Assembly (NCBI GenBank): GCA_951406725.2
Contig: OX597815.1
Span: forward strand, 38,564,001 to 38,628,000
Origin: Octopus vulgaris
Lineage: Eukaryota
Direction: 5' to 3'
DNA: 64,000 nucleotides
In this document: piece after piece, positions 12,783-25,689 of the stretch
Layout of the letters: every line of letters begins with the position of its first letter
Numbering within the stretch: the first letter of the stretch is position 1
The notes under the pieces: generated by a model
What the model saw: only the letters and a program-made list of their open reading frames with translations
Told to the model about the DNA's origin: nothing
The model's database searches: none
Translations under genes and position numbers: made by a program

Positions 12783-15700
12783 ACATATTTCTTAGTGCTA
12801 TCCTCCTGTTGTTTTATTTGGTTAAAGTACTGTGGTGAATTGCTAGTGTTTTGTTGAAAACAACTGTTGTTTGCTTTTTGGAAGCTGATTGTTGAAATTC
12901 CCCACCTGAGAGGAATTATTGTTATTATATCTTTTGGCTTTTTAAGCCAATTTTGTGAAATAAAAATGGAAACTTCATTGCTTGAACTATTTTCATACTC
13001 ACCTTTGTCTGAAGCAGGTGAAGAAAGAATTTCACCGGCAGTGACGTTGAGAGAATTAAATTTTTTGAAGAGAAAAAAATCACCGGCAGTGTCGCCAAAA
13101 AGTTCGCCGAGGTAGCGGGAAGAAAAGAAACCCAGTTAAACACGAAGAGGAGCAATCTGCAAATGTCAATACTAAAAAAAGAGGGGTCTGAAATTCAAGT
13201 GGCCACTCCGGAAGAAACAACTGACATAGTTAACTGGAGGAGAATCTTGTATAAAACCTACAACATTGGGGGAGAAATGATATATAAAACAGGGGAGAAA
13301 ATTGTGGAAAAATGCCTCAAACCCATTTGACCTGATATTACGTACATTGACCGAGGCAAAAGATTTGGAACGATCGAAGTGAGGTTTAGGTCAGAGGAAG
13401 CAGCCAAGAAGTACTCCTCGGAGACCCTCAGAACGGAGGAGGTGGTTCTTTTTCACGTATATATGGGAAGAAGAACGTCAAAGGTCAAAGTCAACAACAA
13501 CCTCCCTGAAATTGATGCCACCTATTTAGTGGAAGCTATCACGATGGGCCTGGATTAAAAAAATAACTATTCTTCAAGCCTCTGTGAAAAAGGAGGAGAA
13601 TCGGAGGGGAGAATGCTTGACAATGGTAATTCAAGTAGAAGTCGCAACCCTCGAAGAGATTGCAGAAAGTATAAATGTCGGCGGAGAAGAAAGATTGATA
13701 ATATTTGTTGAAGGAAGAAAACCAAGGTGTTTTAACTACGGGTTGAAGGTCCATATCAGGTCGGAATGTAAACCGAAAGAAAAGAAACAACAAGAAGAAG
13801 TATTAGAAGGAAGAACAAATGAAACGCCAGCACCAACAGTGAAAGTAGAGTTAACACCAATATCGACAGAAGGGAGTGAAGAGAAAGACAGAGAGGAGGA
13901 GTGGTCGACTGTTTCCAAAGAAAAAAAGGAAAAAAACACAGACCCTAAGAAAGAAAAAACGAGAATGAAAATGAAAATACATACACGGTCATCAAGGCAT
14001 CGAACAATAGACTGATTAACCGTTTGGCAGCTATTTCATCTGCCAGACGGGTTGAAAAACATCATCAAAAGGCTTTCTCATCTACAAGATAGGCCGGAGG
14101 GATTACGGACGGATTAAGTCCGAATTCTTTCACGACGTAGGCCCTCTCAGAATGGATTTTTCTCCATATATTTACGGGGGCCTACATCCAAATACGCTAC
14201 GAACTCGGGAAAAGGAGAAAGAAAACGAGAACGAAGGAACCTGGAACCACTGATGCAAAGGTAAGCAATGTCAAACATTCATGTAGGTTGTATAAATGTG
14301 CGTGACCTGAGGTCAAGCTGGAAGCAAGGCCGCTTCCTTAATGACATCAGGTCGCATAATTTGGGTGTTATTATTCTTACAGAAACCCGTTTAAAGGGGC
14401 CAAGAGATCTGCTCCAGTAGTTGGATGGCTATGAGAGTTTTTTTTATCTCCTAGCAGTCCTTTTAGCGGGAGCGGGGTGTTGGTCCTTTTAAAAAAAAAT
14501 CGGGTTTCTGAGAAAAAGTTAATTTTTTCAGATCCAGACGGTTGGCTGGTCGTCATGGACTTGACGTTCAGCCGTAGTAAAGTTATAACACTGGTTGCAA
14601 TTTATGCACCCACGCCAACTGGGCAAAGCGAGTATTTTCGGAATCTGGAGAAGTTTCTTGATACATCACATTCTTTAGTTGTGCTAGGAGACTATATCAC
14701 AATTTGCGAGGCACGCGTAGATTATGTTGGTTTCTGTACAGATAGAAAATGTATTCATTGCTTCCTGGAACTGCTAAGCCGCTTTGAGCTAGCAGATCCT
14801 TATAGGCTGGAATATCCGAACGCTCCATTGTGGACATGGTCAAATAGCGACGGATCTTCCAGGTCATACCTAGATAGAGTGTTAAATAGAAAAGCAGATA
14901 GAAAGATAGCTAGGTGTCCACAGTTTCCTCCGGTCACCTGTAAGCTTGACATAGATAAGATATATAATAGGGGCTCCGGCTACTGGGAACTTAATACGTC
15001 CCTTTTGGCGATTAAGGAGTACAGAGATCGGATTAAGATGTTGATTCAGAGGGCATTAACTGGTTCCATTATTAATAATAAATGGTGGTATGCCCTTAAG
15101 CGAGACATTAAATTTGAGTCTATTAGATATAGCAAAGGTTTAATGGCTAGAGATGTTAGGAGGGAATCAGTTTTAGTTAAGGATTTAGAGGAAGCAATGA
15201 AAACTGGCTCTGCGGCTCAGCTGAATGCCAAGAGACTGGCGTTAAACCAGCACCTTGAAGCCAAACACATGGGTTGCATTGTCAGCGCTAGGCTTCGGGC
15301 AGTGGATTGTGAGGGAATCAAGGCCGCAGGATGGGCCCGAGTGGTGGAAGCCCAACGTGGTAATGATGTCACATTCCGATCTTTGACGAACACACAAGGT
15401 AAGTTGATAGACGAGCCCGAGATATATGAGGCTTTTCAGGAGCACTTCACCCAGCTTTTCTGTTGGAGCGGCGAACCGGATAGTAGGAGGGACCTAACGG
15501 ACTCATCGCCGGGCTGCCGCGCCTATCTGGGCGGGACGCGGAGTGCTGTGAAGGGCCGATCACGCCTGAGGAGGTAATTGAGGCTATGGCAGACTGCGGC
15601 GCAGTTAGGGCGCCGGAACTGGATGGTGTATCCTATGAGTTGTATAAGAGTATGCCAGACTTGTTCGGGCACCTGCTGGTGAATGTCTACGCGACCTGGC

Positions 15701-16472
15701 AGCAGAACGGGTTTATTCCCAGATCTATGCGCCGGAGACATTCGGGCCGAAGACCCTGGACAACTTTCAGAAGAGGAGGTTTACCTGTTCGGAACAAGCT
15801 TACAAGGCATGGTGGCTGTGGTCCTTCGACCTGTCTAAGATGCGGGGGGGGGGGCAGGGAAACCGTTCCACATGCTATTGTTCAATGTTCAGAGGAGTCA
15901 GATGTGTGGGTTTATGCTGAACAACTGTTGTCAAGTGCATGAAGAGTAGAGCTATCGACTGAGTCTATAGTAAAAATTGACTCGCCTGATTTCCTTTCGA
16001 AAGAAGGTAAGAATTGTTTTCTCGTTGTAGTAGCAATTGCGAGAGAGGTAATTTGGAGAAGGAGGCTGAAAGGGTTAAAGCCAGGCACTTTCATCTCTGG
16101 CCCTGAATTGGTGAATTACTTCACCTTTCACCTTAGGAAAATAAGGCTAGAGAAAACATGCCTACTGTGAAAATGTTTGAAAATCGATGGAAGAATGTAG
16201 CATGGATGTTGCGTGTGGATGGAACCTCATGAATGCGAAACAGGATGTATCTCAGGTATCAATGGCGAGGCGAGGCTCGTGGGGTCCGAATTATACCCGC
16301 CCCCACTCCATCCGTAATGTCTTCCGATCTGTCCTACCATTCGATTTTATTATATTTTCTTATTTTTGTAAAATTTTTAATGTCATTTTTTGTATAATCA
16401 TTCGCTCATCTGACCCCAACATCAGATTGTATTGTCCCCTCTTTCTTGGCCCCTTGTGGGTAATAAAAAATC
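12783..16472 (+). mobile_element. Tx1/L1-clade LINE with both ends retained but RT core deleted, nested in the PLE 3' repeat
   Basis: ORF1 remnant with decayed zinc knuckle (PRCFNYGLKVHIRSEC). ORF2 starts MSNIHVGCINVRDL at ~14268, with APE motifs SRSYLDR and GYWELN. APELDG..YELY then jumps to the C-terminal CLRC..ETVPH...C. TSD aatttt(t/a)taact at 12771-12782 and 16473-16484. Confidence 0.85.
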
Positions 16473-17184
16473 AATTTTATAACTTCCCATATAATTTAAA
16501 AGATAATTTGATTTTGTATTATGAACTATATTTGGATTACCGGATAATATAATGAATTTTATACAAAAGTATTATGGATTGCTACAGAGGAATTACCAAA
16601 ACAAAAGCATTATGGATTGCTACATAGGAATTACCAGGAAGACATGTGAATTTCAAGATTCTCATACTAAAGTATATACAAATTTCACACTTCTAAACTA
16701 AATATATGAACTATATTTGGAATACAAGATAATATCACGGATTTTACATATGAATATTATGGATTATTGCAGAAGAATAACCAAGGAAGTATATATGGAT
16801 TTAAAGACTCATCAAAAGCAGTAATTTTTAATTTTAATTTATCTTTCAAACAAACAACCTTTTATAGTTTTACTTCAATTTTTAGAAAAGAAAACTATCA
16901 TTCGATATGTTATACAGAATTCAAATTTTATATCTCTGAAGAGCAGAAACGTTGTCTATAAATGCTTATCAATATAGGATTTCACAACTCTTCTGTGAAA
17001 CGATCGTTAGATGCTTTAAATAATTTAAAACTTTTAAACTGTCATATAATTATATATTTATACTTATACATATTTACATAATTTTTATACATATTTATGT
17101 TTATTTGTTTATATATTTTTAATACAACAATTATTTTTCACACGTATATATCTTTCTGAGGAGTTTTGATATTGATTTCTTAAT
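16473..17184 (+). repeat. Distal part of the PLE 3' terminal repeat
   Basis: Continues 12700-12782 after the LINE; inverted partner at 9535-10265; decayed HHR-like core ctgaaga-gca-gaaac-gtt-gtc at 16936-16956. Confidence 0.8.
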
Positions 17185-17332
17185 AATAAAAAGAATATAT
17201 TATTAAAAATAATCATTGATATAAATATAAATAATATAAATACTTTAATAGTATTAATACTTTGATACAAATGAGCACTCAATATAAATTAAGTATATAA
17301 TATTCTCATTGAATATATTTAACTAAAGATTT

Positions 17333-17371
<39 letters not shown>

Positions 17372-17454
17372 GGTCCCGGGTTGATTCGGGGTTAACCACA
17401 GTAAGTAAGGTACTCAATACATAGCAGAGTAAAATTAATTTATTATATAGAAGG

Positions 17455-17505
17455 AGCTTCTACAGGACTAGTACTGTTTCATTCAAGAGAAATCTTCAGG
17501 AAGCT
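17455..17505 (-). ncRNA. Type I hammerhead ribozyme in PLE terminus
   Basis: On minus: agcttc-CTGAAGA-t-ttc(tctt)gaa-t-GAAAC-ag(tactagtc)ct-GTA-gaagct. Canonical core, with palindromic actagt in loop III. Confidence 0.85.
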
Positions 17506-17879
17506 ATTTAACAAGAATTGTATTAGCATTTATACATTTAGGCAGGTTTAAAGGAGTGGTGGTGGGGGACTTTTTTGGGGGTAGGCATAGCGCAAAATAT
17601 CATACTTGGGGGAGTGGTCAAGGAGTCAGTGGTAAGTTAGATGAAAGAATAGATAAATAAAAAAATAAAAAAATAAAAAAAAAAAAATTAAAAAAATAAT
17701 AAAATAAAAAAATAAATAAAAAAATAAAAAAATAAAAAATAAAAAATAAAAAAAAAGATAAAAAATAAAAAAAAAAAAATATATATAAAAAAAATATATA
17801 TATAAAAAAATATATATATAAAAAAAAGGGGGGATAGAGTTATAGGTAAATAAGGAGATTCTCACTTATACCTATACAC

Positions 17880-17910
17880 ATATGTATACGTATCTACACA
17901 CATATATATA

Positions 17911-17956
<46 letters not shown>

Positions 17957-18258
17957 TATATACACATACACATACATATCTACATACACACATACATACA
18001 CCCGCCCACATATACAAATTTATACACATGCACATGCATATACCTGTCTACACATACACACACGTATATATGCATACACTCACTCCCATGCATGCACGCA
18101 TACACACATGTATATATATACACACGACCACACATACATATATACACAGAAAAATATATATTCATACGCACATACACTCATGCACACACAACACACCTAG
18201 TTCCCTATATACACATATTTACACCTATATATACATACACCCACATACACATATGTAC

Positions 18259-18289
<31 letters not shown>

Positions 18290-18394
18290 CATATACACGC
18301 ATACATATATATACATGTGTGCACATACATACATATACACATATACATACACACACACATACACATGTGTACCTATACATACCTACACATACAC

Positions 18395-18443
<49 letters not shown>

Positions 18444-18836
18444 CCAATACAGGCCCATTCCCTAATTTTAATTTTATTATCTTCATTTATTACTTTTGTT
18501 ATCTTTGATCGCTAGAGCTAAGGATCCTGGCTATGGCAGCATGTCCATTTGTCTGTCTACTAGAAGGCAAGTACTCATTCCCGCACGCACACTCATTAGC
18601 ACGTACATTCACCCATTCGTACACTCATACACATACACGTACGCACGCGTTATATTCATACATACAAACATCTACATACGTTCACGTATATACACATACG
18701 TACTCGTACCTACAGATTCGTGTCTACACTTTAGGAGGCTAGTCTATACATATACACCAATAAATATACATATATATATATATATACACATATACATACA
18801 CACACACACATATACTCCTACATACAGATACATACC

Positions 18837-18884
<48 letters not shown>

Positions 18885-19090
18885 CATACACACACACACA
18901 TATATATACACACACATACATACACATATATATACATACACAAACATATATACACACATATATATATATATATATACACACATACACACACATACATACA
19001 TATACACACAAACACATACATACGTATACATACATACATACATCCATACATCCATACTTACATGCATTTATACGCATACACACACCCCCA

Positions 19091-19127
<37 letters not shown>

Positions 19128-19614
19128 TCACACATACATATACAAATATACGCACACACATACATACATACACGTATACGCATACACGCACATACACATA
19201 TACATGCGTACCCATACACGTGCACACACGCACGTGCATCCATATATATACACACACACACATATATACACGTGTGCAAGCATACATACATACTCATACA
19301 CGCACACATACTTACATATACATATATGCACACACTTACACACATATATACATACACATATACATGCATACATACATATATGCATACATACACATACACG
19401 CACATACACATATACATGCGTACCCATACACGTGCACACACGCACGCGCATCCATATATATACACACACACACATATATACACGTGTGCAAGCATACATA
19501 CATACTCATACACGCACACATACTTACATATACATATATGCACACACTTACACACATATATACATACACATATACATGCATACATACATATATGCATACA
19601 TACACACACGCGCA

Positions 19615-19664
<50 letters not shown>

Positions 19665-19833
19665 TACACATACACATACATACACACATACATATACATA
19701 CACATACACATACATACATATATATATATATACACATATATACACATATACACATACATATATACACATATACATACATATACATACACACACACATACA
19801 TATATACATATACACTGATACACATACCCATAC

Positions 19834-19866
<33 letters not shown>

Positions 19867-19949
19867 TATACACATGCATATACTTATATCTCTACATACT
19901 CACATATAAACATATATATATATACACACATATATACATACATGTACAT

Positions 19950-20030
<81 letters not shown>

Positions 20031-20850
20031 TACATATACACATATACATGTATACATACGCAATAATGATACACATATATACACATACACACACACAGAC
20101 AGATGCATATACATACATATATATATAAATTACATATCTATATAAATACATACATAATACACATATACACACACATATATATACATGCATATACATATAC
20201 AAATATACATACACATACATACACACACACGCGCGCACATACATATACACACACACATATACAAATACATACATACACACATACACACACACGCATATAT
20301 ACATACATGTACACATATACATATATATATATATCAACAAGGGAGGGTAAAGTTAATTAGTTATTAATCAATTTCACCAAGTATTCAGTATGTAAAGGGA
20401 CCATTATTATTTTGAGTAAACAATGTTAGAGGGAAAAAAATTCTCTAAGTAGTGGAAGAGGCTAAAAAACTTTATTGGCTGCTATTTCTAGAAAGTTTAG
20501 TATGTGGCAAAGTAATTTATTTTATTTTACTAAGCCCTAATTATATAATATTTTATACATACATACACATACATAAACACATACATTTACACATACATAT
20601 GCATATACGTATATACACATATACATACAAACACATATACATATATACACACACAGACACATACAAGCACATACATATATATATATATATATACATATAT
20701 GCAAATATACATACATATATATATATTTTTACATGCATACATACACACACACACACATAATACATGCGTATATTCTTACTGTACCCATGCATTTCTATAC
20801 ATATATACATACATACGATACACATATACAAGCGTGCACATACAATATGT
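17880..20850. repeat. Compound (TA)/(CA)/(TACA) microsatellite field
   Basis: Direct reading; source of the many Y/I/H/T and C/V/M ORFs. Confidence 0.95.
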
Positions 20851-20927
20851 GAAAGGTCTTAGGAGAAAAGGTAATCGGGGGTGCTAGGGGAACAGTGGGG
20901 TTGGGGGGGGTTGTAGGGGGGTTGTCA

Positions 20928-22670
20928 TCAATCAGGTTGCCGGGTAGGTCTATAGTTCTTGTAGTTCGCATACTTCTTATGCATGCAATTTGGGGAGTGT
21001 TCTGAAAATTTGTTAAGGAGAGGGCCTTTGGCGAACAAGATCTCTAGGCTCTCTGATATGCATAGGTCACAGCAGGTATGTCCTCCTGTGTACGAGCGCG
21101 CCTTCTGTAGTAGTTTCCACTTGGTCTTGAAGGGGATTGAGTTCCTTTTAAGGTACCAGATGTGGGCGGCGAGGGTAGTTTGGTTGGATTTATCCTGTCG
21201 CCGGAACGAGTGTGTATGTGCGTACCAGCGGGTCTTAAAGCTGTTTGACGTCATTCCAATGTAGGATTTACTTTTATCGTCAAGGCCTGATCTTACCTCG
21301 CATTTATATACTAGGTCCCTCTGTAGGCAGTTGTTGTTGAGGGGGCAGGTGGTTTTATCATGGCAGTTGCAACTGCTATCGGACGTTGGATGGGCCCCGG
21401 AGAAAGTAGATATGTTAAGTTTTTTCACATTGTTGTTGGCTAGGTTCCTGGCTAGATTGGGCGTGGTAGAGTAGGAGAGTCTAATAGTGTTCTTATTTAG
21501 GATAGTGTAGTACTTATGTTGGGTGGGGAAGTGTTTCTGTAGGAGAGTGAAAAAGATCTTAGCTACAGGTGTAGCGACCTCACGGTTGAAGGGGGGTTGT
21601 ACCAGCTAATGTGTCTTCGTCTATTTTTCCTGGGTTGGCGTGGGGCTATACTAGTGTAGGTAATCTTATCTTTAAAACCACTGCGGGCCAGGGCCTCGTT
21701 GTAATAGGGGGCTGCGGCTTTAAAGATATCTTCCGTGGCGGACAGGCTAGAGATTCTAATTGAGACACTTTTTACTAGGTTATCTAATATATTTTTGGGG
21801 TGGTTGGAATTGATATCTATATATCTAAGGGATTCATTTGGTTTGTGGTACGGGTAATAAAGTGAGGTTTTTAAGTCGAGGGTGACATCGAGGAAGTTAG
21901 CCTTTGTTAAGTTGGATTCTAGGGTAATCCTAAGGCCTAAGTTTTTAAAGAAGGTGTGAAGATTTTTCCGGAACCCATCCGTGGTCCTGGGGTTTATATT
22001 GTGGAGGGCGAAAAGGCCGTCATCTCGGTAAAGACCACCGGAAGGCCTGTGAATAGGGTTTTCAGCCTATGGAGGATGAAAAGGCCCACTAGGTCACTTA
22101 TTTCAGCAGAGTCGTTAGCACCCATGCTGACGTCGAAGGGGGTCACAGATTTTTTGTTGATCCAGTGGGATCCGTCATAGAAAAGAAAAGTCTTACGTGC
22201 GTGGAGGATCACATCTTGCTCGGCCTCGGTGATGGTGGAGGACCTCCTGGCGAAGTTAATCGCATCGATCAGCAAGCTCTCCGATATAGAGGCGTAGTAA
22301 TCCTCGATATCCAGTTGTAGGAATCGGGTGTTGCTTTTATCTGGTAAATCCCGGAACCAGGTTATTGCCTCGGAGGTCCTATTCCAGAGTGGAAGGGGTG
22401 AAGCTTCACGCATTTTTGGTAAAATCCTGTCCAGGATCTTCTTGCTGACGGATCCGATGTCAGACTTGGTTGGGTTAATCAAACGGACCGACGGTTTATT
22501 TTCGAAATGGTCTTTGTGGTCTTTCAGGGTGAAGTGTGGGGACTTCACCCTCAGGGGTTCTGTTCGGTCGTCGATTTTAAGGGAGGTGGCAATCTCTTTC
22601 CCGGCCAAGTTGGTTTCAGTTAGCGCTGCGTCGTCTACTTTCTTGTATTTAGCTGTGATGGCGACATCTC
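20928..22670 (-). pseudogene. PLE reverse transcriptase plus GIY-YIG endonuclease, about 3 frameshifts
   Basis: RLINPTKSDIG, LDIEDYYASI, FDVSMGANDSAEISDLVG, GLYRDDG, NFLDVTLDL, WYNPP, CNCHDKTTCPLNNNC, LVYKC...YIG...FKTRW..H, CDLCISE, CMH. Confidence 0.95.
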
Positions 22671-22860
22671 CTAGCTGTGACGGCATCATCAGCAAATAAC
22701 ATTGTAATATACATTGTTTGGCATCTTCTTCTCACTCTTACTGTCACATGCCTTTCAGACATCAGATGATGGAGTGACGGGAAACTGTTCAATCTCTCGC
22801 GCCTGTGTGCCAAGAACAAAATCAGAAACGTCCTGATCAAGGAGATGTTATTTGCTGATA
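22670..22860 (+). mobile_element. RTE-clade RT fragment with a small inverted duplicate
   Basis: Plus frame DGKLFNLSRLCAKNKIRNVLIKEMLFAD; minus MLFADDAV at ~22675-22702. Confidence 0.65.
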
Positions 22861-22945
22861 TATATATATATATATATTATATAACATATATATATATATA
22901 TATAATATACATATAATATGTATATATACATATATATATGTAATA

Positions 22946-23328
22946 TCTCTCTCTATATAAACGGCAGTTTGTCTGTGCGTGTTTCTGTGTGTCTGTTTGC
23001 TTGTACCCTCACCCTGACCACGGCTTTCAACCGATTCTGATGAAACTTGACACACACATTAGCCCAATGTCATAATTCAAAACTAACGCAGCGAAAATTT
23101 TGAAATGTTTCCCCAGTTCTGAAAAAAATCGATAAATTCGACATGGGGTCGAGAATCAGAAACACAAACCGCGAACTGTCTAGGGGACGCAACTCCACCT
23201 TTTTTAACTAAAAAAAAAATTACCATCATTTTTTTCCATTTTTTTGCTATTTTTTGGCTATAACTCTCTAAAAATGCTTTATAGTTATTTCCCTTACAAA
23301 CCTGAGCAACGCCGGGCGATACTGCTAG
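22946..23328 (+). mobile_element. Non-autonomous Helitron
   Basis: 5' TC, subterminal hairpin cctgagcaacgccggg, 3' CTAG, inserted between A and T, internal ccgattctgatgaaactt motif. Confidence 0.8.
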
Positions 23329-23398
23329 TTTATATATATATATGTAATATATATAATATATATATGTATATATAATATATAGATATAATGTATATATC

Positions 23399-23451
<53 letters not shown>

Positions 23452-23621
23452 GGAATAAAAATTCCGGCGTCACAGGGATTCAAATAAAATGAATTATTCT
23501 CAATAAAGAAATATATGTTATTTAGAGATAGAAGTCTCCATGCAATTCATCAAATCCTAATATACATCACACCATATCATAGAATTTTATTTTAATACTT
23601 ACTATTTTCAGTTCTAAATTT

Positions 23622-23720
23622 CTCTTCTACATGTGTTTCATGAGTTGCGTTTAACGTTCGTTAGACACTCAGTCTTTTACAGAAACATGTCTTAACCGCA
23701 ACCCCAATCGTCAGAACTCT
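23622..23720 (-). ncRNA. Hammerhead-like motif with long stem II, weak stem I
   Basis: CTGACGA-[ggggttgcg...cgcaactc, about 70 nt]-GAAAC(acat)GTA, in a PLE-terminus-like segment near (TA)n. Confidence 0.5.
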
Positions 23721-25014
23721 TCATAACTTTATTATAATTTAATAAAACTTTCTCTATTTTAATATTTTAACAGTTACGCATGTAATTAACAGACAAATAT
23801 GCCTGTGTGCAAATAAATTAGCCGAACCTTGCTGTGCAAGCCATAATTTAATTGATTAAAAATTTAAAATTCAAACGTGACTTATGCCTGTAAATATGGA
23901 TATAACCTAATAATATGTAGGAATGAAAATATAATAATGAAACGACTATATAATATAATCATGTTCAAAAAATAAACAGTGACAAAGAAATATATATTCG
24001 AATAAAAGCTATAGTTAAAAGTGGACGTAAACAAATGCGAATGAATGACAAAATGCAAAAAGATATATAACAAAATCTACGGAGAAAAAAATTACAAATG
24101 ATAAAATATAATAATTTACAAAGTAAAAATTTGCGCGTAATAACGTAAAAATAATGTAAGCATTTCCTTTTTTTATTATTTACTATCATATTCATCTTCT
24201 TTGTTCTATTCTTAACTATGATGTCTATTTCCTTATCACTTTAAATAATCCGACAAATATCCATTTATTTTTACTTTCAAAAGATTGCTATCAAAGCTTA
24301 CTTCCATGAATTATCACCATGTTTCGAACAGTAACATGCCTAGTCAAAATGGCATTAGGTTTTATTCAACACATCTCCATCACAGCACATCTAGTTTTTG
24401 AAATATTTCTTTTAAATACTTCAGGTGTATTTACACCAATAGACTCCTTTCAAGTTGGCCAGTAAACATATATTCACTTTTCATTTGCAAGCTTTCTTGT
24501 CATTGCTTGGCAACCATCTAATTAAGCGTTGTTCTTCACGAATTTTTCATACACTATCATTTTTTGCTTTCACTCTCAATCAAGTGGCAAACATTCTTAC
24601 TCTAGTTTTTATATCGATTTATATCTCTAAAGTATATTCTATATGAACATGTGATCAGAAAATATACTATTTTTATTTTTTATATCAGCAGTTCATTATT
24701 AGTTTTACTTTTAATTCACTTATTCATTATTCATCTGCTCATATATGCGTCTTCCTCATCTTATGAAGATCTAATCTTCCCTTCAAATCCTCATCAACCA
24801 CATTCCCACATATGCTAAATTCCTCTCGAAAGAATTGCTTACCTCCTTTCCTTATTCTCAGTCACATTTGTAGAACACAAAGCCTGCTTTTATCCTCCAT
24901 AATCTAATAAACACACCATTTCTTATCATATTTTACACTTCATACTACTACTACTACTGCTACTACTACTACTACTACTGCTGCTGCTACTACTACTACT
25001 ACTAATAATAATAA

Positions 25015-25067
25015 TAGAATGCTCGCCTGCCACGCAGGCGACCCGGGTTCGTTTCCCAGCCGATGCA
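25015..25067 (+). pseudogene. 5'-truncated tRNA-Gly(GCC)-derived SINE head
   Basis: tagaatgctcgcctGCCacgcaggcgacccgggttcgtttcccagccgatgca matches the 3' two-thirds of metazoan tRNA-Gly-GCC; the 5' acceptor strand and A box are missing. Confidence 0.8.
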
Positions 25068-25630
25068 ATACTAAATGCTTTGATGCAATACCAGGCAATG
25101 GCTCTCGTGGCTTCTGATCTTAACTGATTGGAAGTGTTATCATGTACATTGTTTTGTCTTGGTATAAAAGACGGGCTGCAGCAAATATTCTGCTCAATAC
25201 CAGAGATTTGCATGTCAGTTGTTTGACGTTAACCAGTTGAGCATGTCCCTTACTGGCTGACGATATGTGCATCTCTGATCACGAGCAGAAGTAGCGGGGA
25301 AGCATTATAGCCATGTGTTGAGAGGGATTTTTTTGGGTTTGACTAATTCACCTTTGGAAACATGGGTGTTTTGTTCAAAATCCTTAAACAACCCTTATTC
25401 AGGGACCTTTTGAGTGGGATGGGTTACTCGGCCAGAAGAAAACTCTAACTGGGCCCCACCTGCAAAGTCATGTGCTGTTTCTCTTGATATGAGGTTACCA
25501 TGTCATGCACATATGGTTGTGATGCATGTGCCTAGTGTACCCTTATAAGATCGGTAGTCATGATGGGTATACTGGGTTTCGTATATTTAACCCCAGTGTC
25601 ACTTTGATGGCATGTACCGCTCTCTCACTC
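25015..25630 (+). mobile_element. tRNA-Gly-headed SINE (family 4) inserted in (TAA)n
   Basis: tRNA head, ~480-bp body, 3' tail ...cagtgtcactttgatggcatg...ctctctcactc shared with 57130-57208; (TAA)n on both sides. Confidence 0.7.
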
Positions 25631-25675
<45 letters not shown>

Positions 25676-25689
25676 CCTTTCTATTATAG

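Larger units (their letters stand above)
17370..22670 (-). mobile_element. 5'-truncated Penelope-like element (Naiad-like) with microsatellite-inflated 3' region
   Basis: RT/GIY-YIG at 20928-22670, mostly TA/CA microsatellite over 17880-20850, terminal region with HHR at 17455-17505, ending against (TA)n. Linking these parts into one element is inferred. Confidence 0.7.

Noticed and set aside
16931-16962. Active hammerhead in the inverted PLE repeat
   Set aside because: Core words are present, but stem II is absent, stem I does not pair next to the core, and the 9775-9805 copy has GAAGC.
17882-20887. Many long ORFs (up to 440 aa) rich in Y/I/H/T or C/V/M
   Set aside because: Translations of TA/CA microsatellite, which lacks stop codons in most frames.
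20928-21428. Selenocysteine-type Naiad endonuclease
   Set aside because: All zinc-ligand positions are ordinary Cys codons; no in-frame TGA seen.
25015-25067. Functional tRNA-Gly gene
   Set aside because: The 5' acceptor strand and A box are missing and the T-loop is altered; it is a SINE head.
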